From NCBI GenBank assembly GCA_050575255.1, contig JBNZDD010013440.1, positions 209,360 through 273,359 of the forward strand: a stretch of DNA of 64,000 nucleotides, given 5' to 3'. The translations under genes were made by a program, and so were the position numbers. Each line of letters opens with the position of its first letter. Position 1 is the first letter of the stretch. The stretch comes from Harriotta raleighana. Its lineage: Eukaryota. This document shows positions 37,901 through 49,900 of this stretch, piece by piece. The notes below the pieces were generated by a model. The model ran no database searches, had not been told where the DNA came from, and saw nothing but the letters and a program-made list of their open reading frames with translations.

Positions 37901-40900
37901 CCTCACTTCCTATCCCTGTTTGACTCTTCCTCTGCTCCACCCTGTGAATCCTCAGTTGAGACCACCATGGCAGACTGTCCAAAAGTAGCCACTCTGACTT
38001 GCCCCATCCCTCACCTCCGGCACAAATCCCATCGATCCCTTACCCTGGGGTCCAACTTCTCCCCCTTAGCCACATCCAAAGCCACATTGTCGATGAAAAC
38101 ATCAACATCCTTACCGAAACCTGGGTTGCACCGGGTGACACCTTCTCCCTGACCGAGGCCACACCACCCGCCTACACCATGACCTAACTGCTGTGGGGGT
38201 GGTGTGGCACTCATTTCTTGTCTCCGCTCGACCTATCACTTTACTTGTCTGGCACCTCTTTTGAGCACCTGACCCTCTACCATCCCTACAAACCTTCCCT
38301 CAAAATCCTCCTTGTTTATTGTCTCCCCCTCCCCACCCATGCCCATGGCCACCTCTTGGGGGGGAAAAAAATCTCCCTCGGTGCTGCTTTGGAGTCAGCT
38401 GAACTTTTTCCTCTCTGGGCTTCCTCCCATAATGACTTAATCTCCTCGTTCATTCTCCTCCACAACTCTCTCCACCTCTTTCGATTCCGTTGCTCCCCTC
38501 ACTTACCGAACTATCTCCTACTCACAAAGGTCACCCTGGTACACCAGCCACCTCCACTTTCTTAAGGCATAGGTACTTGCCGCTGAACACACCTGGCTCA
38601 AATCCAACTTAACAGTCCATCGGCAGATCTGACTGGACCTTATCAAGTCGTACCTCTCTACCTTTGCCTCCATTAAATTGGCCTTCTACTCCAAGACAAT
38701 CTTGGAGGCCGAGGACTCCTCTATCATTAACTGGTTCCTCTGCCCACCCTCACCTCCAACGCCTCTCCTCTCATCTTAACCTTCATGGTCCTGTCCTTGA
38801 ATGGTTCATATCCTACCTCTCATCCCATCTCAACTTGATCTCCACAAACAGCTTCTCTAGCTCCCCAACTGTCTTGGGCAGAGTTCCTCAGTACTCTATC
38901 CTTGGCCCCTCCTTTTCAATATCTATATATCCTCTCGGTGATGTCATCCGCAGACATGGGGTAAATTTGTTTATGATATCCAACTCCTCTGCTGTGTCTC
39001 CAGGACCACTGTTGTCTCAACAGAATGTCTGTCATACATCAAGTCCTGGATGAGGGCTAACTTTCTACGGTTGAGCATCAACAAGATGAGGCCCTCGTGA
39101 TTGTCTCCCGTCAGTGCCTTCACAACTCAGGCACTGACAGTGCTACCATCCAAGGGCACACACTCCCATCTTACAGCCAGTCTGGATTCTTTTTACTCCA
39201 CATACATGCCATGACCCACTCTGCCTTCCCCCCCCCCTCCCAACGCCGCAAATCACCTGGCTCCACTGTTTTGCAGGCCGTCAAGACCCTCACTTCCTGA
39301 ACATCCAATTATTAATAATGATAATAATCACTGCATTTGATATAGCACTTTTCACTTCTTATAATTCATAACACCCAGACTCGACTACAAAACTCTGCTT
39401 TTCAGCTTACTCAACTCCTTCCTCCAGAGGCTGCAGATCATCCAATACCCTGCAGTCCGTCTCCCTCCTGCGCGAGACTCACCGCATGCTCAACCGACTT
39501 CACTGGCTTCTCATCACACAGAGAATACAGTTCAAGATCCTAATCCTCACCTTTCATGGCTTTGCGACCTACATCTGCGACCTTCTAACCCCATACCAAC
39601 CTGCCTGCTCCCTCTGCTCACCTGACTCTGGCCTCGTCCCACCATTGTCAGGTGTGCCTTCTGACACTGCCCCAATCCTCTGGAACTCCATCCCGCAGAA
39701 CCTCCACCTCCCTTATCTCCTTCAAGACCTGACTTACAAACCTCCTCTTCGACTGTGCCTTTAGACAGCCTCCTTCTCCCCCTGCCTTCCACCCTCCCTG
39801 ACCCCGATCCCCAGCTCAGGTCTGAAACACTGCTCTGAATCCATATTGGACAAATCTAGAATTTGCTTAATTGCATAAAAGGTAGCCAGTTGATTTGATT
39901 CACGCCTGCAAGATTAGTTAGGATAATTGCATTGGTGGAGGAGTTTGACCGTATGAGGTGTATGTGTGGTGTCTTCAAGCATATTATGAGAAGAGAGGCA
40001 GTGCAGAGTGATGGGAAGTGAGCCAGAGTGTGAAGTGTTAGGTGGTGGTGCGGAAATTGGCAGTAGAGGCGTTGTGGAGAGCGATGGGAAAGTGGTGCCA
40101 CCAATGAACTTTTGGTAATAGCGTATTATGTACAATTGCATGGTGTCTGTTTGGTCCTAATTGCATGCAATTATACATTGAATCTGCAATTCATCTTTTA
40201 GTTTTGTGAAAAATTCTGAGTATTTGTTGAAATTGAAACAACTTTAATTGCTGACTCATTACAGGCCAATGAGATTATTAAAAAACTGCAGGGCGATATG
40301 AAAAAACTGATGGAAAAGATCAAACTGAAAAATACTGTGACAATGCAACAAGAGAAACTTATTGGAGAAAAGACACAAACAATCCAGAAAGAGCAAATGG
40401 AATTGAGGGAGGTACAACAGAGTCTTCGATTAAAGGAGGAGGAGGTAATGAAACTTCATAAATTGATCTACACAACTTGAAAGAATATTGGAGAAAAGAC
40501 TTTTTGAAATTACAAAGTTTATTCTTAATAGATGTCTAAGCTGCAAGAGCACCTTGAAGCCACAGTCCAAAAATTGGAAGAGAGCAAGCAACTTCTAAAG
40601 ACAAATGAAAATGGTAGGTTTTATGAGTGTTTGAAATCTTTCTGTATGTATGTCGGAATATGACCTGAGTTTACTTTACAGATTGGTCAGGTTCTTTACA
40701 TTTTGTTTTAATTCAAATGGCTGGATTGGAGTGCAAATAAGGATTTAAATCTTTAAATATGTACCATCTTTGTATCAATGTAAATGCTTATTGTCTAATA
40801 GTTCAATGTGTGATTAGAGTGCATGGCACGGCATAGTCTCTACAAAGTCTTCTAGACCAATTGGGCTTCCATACTGCCCACAGCATCTAATCTGCTCTGG

Positions 40901-43900
40901 TCAAGGTCACAAATAGTATCCTAACCATTTGTGACCAGGGCTCCCTCGTCCTCCTTGACGTATCCACCGCCTTCGATACTGTGGACCACCCAATCCTCCT
41001 CCACCACCTCTCCTCCCACCTCAACCTTGAAGGTTCTTTCCTTGACTGGTTCTGGTCCTATCTTTCACACCGTCTCCACTTTGTGTCTGCTTTTCCTCGA
41101 GCCCCCGCACAGCCTCGTGTGGCATTCCTCAGGGCTCTGTCCTTGGTCCCCTCTTCTTCATCCTCTATATGCTTCCCCTCGGTGACATCATGGGGTAAAT
41201 TTTCACATGTATGTGGATGACACCCAAGTCTGCCTTTCCATTTCCACCCTCCAGGACTACCCATGTCCTGACGGCCTGCCGGTCTGACATTGAATCTGGG
41301 CCGAAGGACAGCTTTCTCCAGTTGAATTGCAGGAGGGAATTAGGGCGTCGAGGACAGAGAGCTGGACTGTTGTTAATTGTTGTTGTTGTTTGTTCTGTTG
41401 TTTTTGCTTATTATTGTTGATGATGTTTGTTGTTGTTGTTTGGCCCCCCCTGCCCCCTGACCTTTTGCCCTCCTTTTTCTTCTTCCCTCTCTCCCTTTCC
41501 CCCCTTCCCTCCCGCCCCCCTTTCTCCTTGGTTTCCCTCCCTCCACCTTTCCCTCCCTCTTCCCCCTTGCCACCATTTCTCCCTCCTTGTCCTCCTTGAT
41601 TTCCCCCTTGTCCTCCTTTCTCCGCCCTTTCTCCGTCCTTTTTCCTCCCTGATTTTACCCCACCCGCTTTTTCCTCCGTCTCCCCCCTTGTCCCTTTTTC
41701 CCCCTTTCTTCCCTGGCCCCATTTCCGTGTGTGTTTGTGGGACACTGCTGTGCGCAATTTGGCTGCCGCGTTTCTCCCCAGATATACACCTGGTTTTCCT
41801 TCTCTCTTCCTCCTACCCCAACCCCTCCCCTTGCCCTCTTTCCCCCTTTCATCCTTGGTCCCCTCGCTTCCATGACTGTTTGTGGGACACTGCTGTGCGC
41901 AATTTGGCTGCCGCGTTTCGCCCACAAATATACAGTCAGTATTTTCCTGCTTTTCTTCCCCCGACCCCTCCCCCCACTTGACTGTACAGCGCCTTGGGAC
42001 GTCCTCCTGATGTGAAAGGCGCTATATAAATATAAGAAATAAAAAATAAATAGACTGGACTCCTGTGTGTTCAGTTGAGTTTAAATCCCCAGATATCATT
42101 CTCAAGCTGCACAGTGCTGTTGTCAAGCCACACCTTGAATGAAGTTCTGGTCACCCTGACATAAAGAGATTATCCAGACATTAGAGGAGCAGAGGAGCGT
42201 AACGAGAATGATCTAATTTAATGGAATGAGCTATCAACAATGACAAGACAAACTAAGGTTCTTTCTTCTTGAGAGACGACTACTCACAGAAATGTACAAA
42301 ATTTGAAAATGAGATTGAAAAAGTAATCCCAGGTCAATATATTTGGATGTTTCATGAACAAAAGGTTCAGAATTGTAAAGTGCAACTTCAAGACAGATGC
42401 CAGGAAGTTTCCCTTTACGCAGAGGGTAATCAATGCTGGAACAGCTTGCCAGGAAACACGGAAGAGGCCAGGAGACTAGATCACTAAGCTTGGCATAGTG
42501 ATGGGATGGGGGGATGATAAAATTGGTGTTTGAACCCATTACTCATATACAATACTTATATTAATAGAGTACAAATCAGAATTGTTACTGCTACAGAACA
42601 AAAAATGAAAGGGCCATGAGGAAAAGGAATGAGAAATGCTGTAAAATAAAAAAATATATATATCCTGTGAAGTGCTTTGAGCCATCCTGGTGAAAGGCAC
42701 TATGTTCAATGTAAGCATTATTATAAAGACAAAGGGAAGTATTTTGCTGAGCAAAGTGTGATTGTCATCATGGAATGTGAATGGTACCTGTGCTGTGTAA
42801 CATAAAAGTATGGGAGCCTACAGTCTGGGAGAGGAAGATGTTTTGATCCAACCCAATTTTTTTTTAAGTTATGGAAGTATCCTAGAAAGTGTGGGCATTC
42901 CTAAAAGCTTTTAACATTTTAAATAATGTGTGTTTACGAGGGTAAAATGTTTTGAATCTGGTGTCATAGAATATCCTGAAGATTGCACTTTGCTGCTGAA
43001 ACTGCAACACTGTTTGGGAGGAGAAGAGTTCATAAGCTATAGATTCTGCTGTTTTACTTTAAAAAAAATTTAACAAGATACTTGTATTTATTCTTCGCAG
43101 TAATTTCCTGGTTGAATAAGCAATTGAATGAGAATAAACTTGCTTCAATGCAAGTGACACCGGGCTCATTAGATCCATCAACAATATCCAGTGGCAACTT
43201 ATCTCGGCCTGGTGTTGTACAAAACAGTCTGGTAAGTGGCATAACCCATTACTATGTGACCACAGAACACATATATTTTACAATGTAGTCGATGTAGGTC
43301 AATTAAACTTGCTGTAAGATTTGCATTTGCAGTTATAATTGGAGGGCAGTAAATACAATTAAATTGGTCTAAAACATTAATGAGAATGTTGAAGGTTTTT
43401 TTTCAATGGCCTTAAACTGTTTTTAGCTTTGTGGTAAAACTAATTAGTTTTTCCTCCCTTTCTGAGTTGTGTTAATTCAAGTAATAGGGTAGAGTTCTGT
43501 AAGGGCTAGCAATTCTCCAGTAATAATATGCAATTCAAAGCAGGGGTGAGATCATAGGTTTCTTTATTCTCTACTCAAAGCACTTCCATCCACTAACCAC
43601 AAGAACACCAATTTGTTTCAACCCCAGTGTACTTCCTGTCTTTTTCTCATTGGCACTTTTTTAATTGTCCTTTAACTCAAAAAATTTAATATCAATTTCA
43701 TGGTTGCCATTGTTCATGTATAAGCTTCAGCAATGACTTATCAGTGGAATACTTTTGGCATAATCGCAACAAAACTTGGTGCCATCTTATTTGGCATTCC
43801 CAACAGGTACATGTTCCAGCACAAGTCAGAACCAAGGCAAATTAGCTCTCCTGCTCTCTCATCACACCCTCACCCCAGACCCATTAGGTTGATTCAAATG

Positions 43901-46900
43901 TGTTCTTAGATTGTCCAACAAAGATTAGATAAATTAGAATATATACCAGATGGAGACTTGGACATTCATAGATTCATAGAATATTATGGCACAGAAAGGA
44001 GACCATTTGGCACAGAAAGGAGACCATTCGGCCCATCGAGTCTGTGCCGGCTCTTTGACAGAGCAATGTTACTTTCATTAATCCCAATCACCAGTTTTCT
44101 CCCCATAACCCTGCAAACCCGTCTTCCCCAGATACCTATCCAGTTCTCTCTTAAAACTGATGTGTTTGGTTTAAGAGCTTCCGGACTTATTAATTGGTTT
44201 AAGCAGCTCTGGTTCCAGAGAGGGATATCAGCCACAGTTCCTGCTCCTGATTGATATGAAAAACACCTCATGGAAGTGAGTATATAGATGACAAGTGAGG
44301 ACATATTGGGCTCGGTCGTAAAGAGACATACTGCAGTTGAATATTCTTCCTAATGGATTGAGTTGCTCTTTTCAAAGAGCCGGCACAGACTCGATGGCCG
44401 ATTGGCCTCCTTTTGTGCCGTAAGATTCAACGATTGTAAGACTTGAAGGGGTAGATGGGAGACAGGAAAGATTATTTGCCTTGGCTCTGATCCCTGATCA
44501 TCATGCAGTGACTCCTGCTGGAACATTGTAGAAGCGCACCGGACGCTAAATCCAAGTTCTTGTTATTCCGTCAATTTGCATGGTCTCTCATGATTTATGG
44601 CCATTTGGCAGAAATATTCTGTGGAGGCTGGTTGGTACCTGAGGAATTATATCCTACATTTGACTGTGACATAACTGCTAACCCAGATGCTGCTGGGATT
44701 CCCTGGAAGCGAATCTGAGTAGATATTCGTGAATCCATTTGTGAACCTGGCATTTTCAATCTCATTATTTTCCAATGACGTCTTACATATAAGCGGCACC
44801 TGAAGCAATCAAGAACAGAAACCCTAGTAATTGTTCCCCTACCTTCTTCCCAGGAAAAGATGCTGAGCCTTGATTGTTTTGCACCTAACTAAATGTACTT
44901 TAGATGATTTAAAATAAAACTTAATATAGTACTCAGAATTTGAATGGAATTATTTTCTCTTTCCCCCACCCTCCTGCCAATAGTAACCCAGTGGGTCAGA
45001 ATTTACCCAAACTTTATTTAAATGCTGCGCAAAGATCAATTACATATAATGGGAATTTAATGCTTATATTTTGCAATCGTGAAAGCGGTGTGGTTTTCAA
45101 AGATCACGTATGCTAATTGGCAGTAATGTTTGGATATTGCTTTTCATTTTTCAGCAGGCTCTGTACAGCACTCCTTTCTCTCTCCCAATGTCGCATCCTG
45201 TCTCTTCTGCTCTGGCTTCAGATAATTATTCTAAGAACTTTGTTCCTACTATACGAACGAATACTCCGTCTCTGATTCCTCGGGTGCCAGGACGTGGTCT
45301 GCAGGCAGGCTATTTTTAACATTTTTTAAAATCGACTATTATTCATCCTTTTCTGTCATGTCAATCAAACCCTTAAAAGTGCTGAAATGTATTAAATTGT
45401 TTCAAACCTTATTAATAATCATAATTAATCCTTGCATTTGATATTGCATTTTAAGACACCTCAAAGTACTTGACAGTATATTCTTTAAAGTGTAGTAACT
45501 ATGTATTTGGCAGGCAAACCTGGCATCCAATTTGCTTGCATGAATAGCTCTCAGACTACCAGAAGATGATTCAAAAATTTAATTTGGGCGACTGTTGGCC
45601 AGCACACTGAGAGAAACTGCCTTTTATTTTTGAAAAGTGTCTCAGGATCTTTGTACAGGTTGACAGGACATCGGTTTAACCCAGTGGTGGCCAATCTGGA
45701 CTTAACCTACTTGTGTGAATGATTGGCGGAGTGTTTCATGATGATCCCATGATCCACTTGCAGCTACAAGTTGTGTATATCTGAAGGACAGGATGTCGAA
45801 CAAAGCAGCCCATCCCTCAGACTGCATTGTAGTATCATCGCAGACAATGTGAGCTCAAACCCGAGTGTTGCTTGAACACGCACATACACAACTATCGGAA
45901 TCAATGTAGGTTTGAGTTCAAAATCTAGGCTGGCAGGGTATTAGGCTGACGGTTCTGCTTTAAGCAGTGCTGTTTTTTGTTAAGACTGTTGGTAGTGATT
46001 TAAAAAAATATATATATATTTCAAATAGCAGGGCTATCTCCTGGCCAGTATTGCTCCCTTGTCTAAATTCACCCCCCCCCCCCCCCAAAAAAAATTACGT
46101 TTGGTCATTCATTGTAAAATAATTGCTGGTAGGGATTACTTGCTGAGTTTAGCTAAATAACCCTCCACTACACTTAAGAATGTACTGCTTTGAGGTGCTT
46201 TTTTGGGATAAGTTGCAAGACTAAATATTTCTTAAGAGTTGGCGAAAAGTAATTTGGATGCATTGAATTTTATAGCATGTATGAAATGATTGGTAAAGTA
46301 TACATTTTGATTAATAGTTGCACCTAACATGGTAAGATGGAAATAACCAAAGTGGCTTTAGTAACAAAAATGAAGTGATACTGTTTGACAGGTGATTTTC
46401 TGAAACTTTTATAGGTGCACTTTAATCCAATGGTATCAAATTCCACAAGTTCTCCTGTATGTGACTCTAAAGCAGTCCCTTCGACTTCAACACCAACTAT
46501 GACAGCTGCTCCTACAAAGATGTATGTATTGACTTCTGAGGTTATAACCAGTTTTGCAGAATTAATGTCAATTTATTTTCTATTTAATTCTGGTTATTTT
46601 GTGCTTGTTGTTCAGGCTTGTGCTATCACTTCTTAGATGTAGTATCTCTGCATTTTTAAAAATCTGTTTTATAGTTCAAAAGTTCTGCTTTTTTCTTCTA
46701 AGTAACAATCAAATCATGATATGGAAAATCTGATATTTGGAAACCAGAAGTCACTGAATTAATAACTTTTTTTATTATTTTATTTGGAAGTTGCTATTAG
46801 CATAATTAAATTTTACACAATTGTAAAGGAACGTGTTTAGATTTTAAAAATCCTGTTTCCTATTTAAGCATCCCCATGAAAGCCTTACACACCTGAAAGG

Positions 46901-49900
46901 ACTTGCTTTTGGAACCTTTTTCTGAAATCTGTTCTATCTCCAATTTTGGGATTGTTGATTTCTACATGATATAACTACAGAATAAAACTACAGTAAAACC
47001 TTGTTTATCCATGACTCGAATAATCGGAAAACCCGTTCAACCGCCATCTCAAAAAAAAATCTAGCCGGAAGTTATCCGGCGGTGCATTGAATGCCGGGTC
47101 TAAACTCGTTTCGGGTCCTTTTAAAAGTCGCGGTTTTTATTTTACCATTCAGATGGATGAGTGCCTGTCGTTGGGCAGATAAGTACTGTGTACATAATAA
47201 ATACTGCTGCAGGTAGCGGCCAGAGAGGGAGGGAGGGAGTGGGTGGGGGGGAGGGGAATGGAGGGGAGGAAATGGAGAGAGAGAGGGTTGGTGGGGGAAT
47301 GGAGAGAAAGAGGGGGGGTGAATGAGATATGGGGAAAGGGGGAGAGAGAGATAGGGGAAAGCATAATGGAGTGAAAAAGAGTGAGAGATAGGAGAAAGCA
47401 TAATGGAGTGAGAGAAAGAGAGAGAGAAATGGCAGGCAGATTGCTGCAGAGAGAGGGAGGGAGAGAGAGGAAAGGGGGGGGTGGAGATTTGTGGACAGAA
47501 TTTATATGATGGATTCAGACTGAATATCTTTGAAGGTCTGTGTGTGTCTGTCTGTGTGTGTGTGTGTGTGTGCTGGCCATTAGGTCTAAACTCGCTGCTT
47601 TTAGAAGTCGCGTTTTTTATCTCCCGTCAAATCAGTGCTGCAATTGCGAAGTTAAATATAAATAATAATGTACTAATAGAATATTCTGTTATTATTTAGT
47701 CCATTATTAATATGGTATGTGTTAAAATATTTTTATTTTTTTTTGGAAAAAAAAATATTTTAATAAAAAAATTTTTAGAAATGCATTCAACCGGAAAAAA
47801 CGTTTAACCACCACTGGCCAGGTACCGTGGGTGCTGGATAAACAAGATTTTACTGTAGTAGGTAAAGGTAGGATTAAAGGATACAGAACATCTAGTTTAG
47901 CTGAACTCAGTTTGTCTTTGTCTCANATTTTTTTTTGGAAAAAATTTTTTTTTAAATAAAAAAAAATTTAGAAATGCATTCAACCGGAAAAAACGTTTAA
48001 CCACCACTGGCCAGGTACCGTGGGTGCTGGATAAACAAGATTTTACTGTAGTAGGTAAAGGTAGGATTAAAGGATACAGAACATCTAGTTTAGCTGAACT
48101 CAGTTTGTCTTTGTCTCAGTATATCCTCCCCGCATCTGAGCAGCCCTGTTAGAAAATGCATGCTTGTGGACTTTGGGTATGCAAAGGATTGATTCACCCC
48201 CTCATGGGTGAATAACCTATCGATGATTGGAGTCTTTCTCTTTTGGAAGAAAAATGAGTAAGCTCCCATGGAAAAAAAAAACTGATCAGGAGAAATGGAG
48301 ATGGGCAACTTTTTTTTTGCTTTGGCAGCTTCCACAATGTGCTTATATCTCAGCCTTGGAGTAAACTGGCATCTGAGGGAGACTACAGCTTTTTCTTTTG
48401 TTCTCAAAGGAGAGTGAACATCTTCCCAGGAAAATATGAAATGTTACTAATTAGAACATGTACTCTCCCAAGAGTCCTAAACTAGTCATTAAAGCAAACA
48501 ACCTTTATGAAGGTATTGTAGGTAGGTGACATTCTAAGAGTATATCAAGTTTAATTAAAAGCCTTTAAAAAAAATCAGCATCGCAAATGTAATTTCAGAT
48601 AATATTTAACACTTTCATGTAATAATAATAATCCTTGAATTTGATATAGTGCTTTTCACGTCTTCTAGACGTCTCAAAGTACTTTACATAATATACTGTA
48701 CACTTTGGGGTGAAATACAGCAGCAAACAGTCGTGGATTGCAATGACCAATTTTATTATTATTTTTTGGAGGGATTATTATTAGGCATGTGGAATAAGGA
48801 AAATTGCCCAAGGTTTCGCCCTGACTTGCCTGGATTCAAACACAAATCTCACGCTTATAAGGCGAGTGCTCTAATCATTGAGCTGCAGGACTCCACATCT
48901 TTACAGATTTAAGCAGGCGCAAAAAGGCAAAAACACTTTGCGAAATTTGGGTGCCCAAAATATATAGAACTGATAGTTTAGCTGATCTCATCTGTGTAGC
49001 AGTTGGGCCGCTCAATTTACCCTTCCTGCATCTCTTCCTGCATAATGCTCTACTGAACCCCCAAGATAAGTTAGAGCTTGGAAATACACTTATAATATGC
49101 GCAGGAGAGGTTCCATTTTGAAGTTGGCTTATGAATTTCACTGGTGGCACACCAGTTTATATGGTAATGGCAAAGGCAGTGTTTCACCAAAGGTTGCCAA
49201 TAGCTTGACAGAGCAAGGGAATTAGAATTCCTGGAAGATCTACTGAAGTTTTACTTATTTAGTTTAAAAAGATTGTAGATTAGTATGTTGCATTCGATTT
49301 AAATCACTGATTTATCATTTGAAAAAACAAATTCTTAACTGCATTCTTTATGCAAGTACATAAAATATGTGGGGAAAGTTTCTACTGCGTTCCAGTCGAA
49401 CGTGTAAATATAGTCAAACCTTGTTGTAAACTTGTGGGGGGCAAACAACGTGGTTCTTATCAGCGATTCATCTTATTGAGTTTTTTTATATAGAGATTAG
49501 TACAATGAAACCTTTGGCTGGAACTTTTGGCTGAGTGTAGGGAAAAAGGTTGTTATAAACTAGCTTAAAAATGCACTCTGTATTGGCCATTTAAAATGCT
49601 AACCACATAAATTGTTCTATAGTTGTGGCTTTAAAATTAGCTGGCATCCAACCTAAAAAAAATTAAAGTAAAATAAGGTTATGGGAGGGTGTTTTTTTGT
49701 TCAAAGTATTGAATAGAAAATTAGACATATTTTCTATCACATATTAAAGATTTAATAAATCTTCATAAATGCAAAGCTTCGCTATAGTGAGTAGCCCTGG
49801 CTTTAACTTTAAACCTGGAACCCTCCTCCTTTACTGTCACTGGGACCATCTGTTGATGCCCACGGGAATAGCCAGTCAATATCTAAATGGCTCTCAAGCT

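Noticed and set aside
41257-41981. Long ORFs (222 aa and 184 aa)
   Set aside because: They arise from a low-complexity C/T tract and SINE-derived units that lack stop codons.
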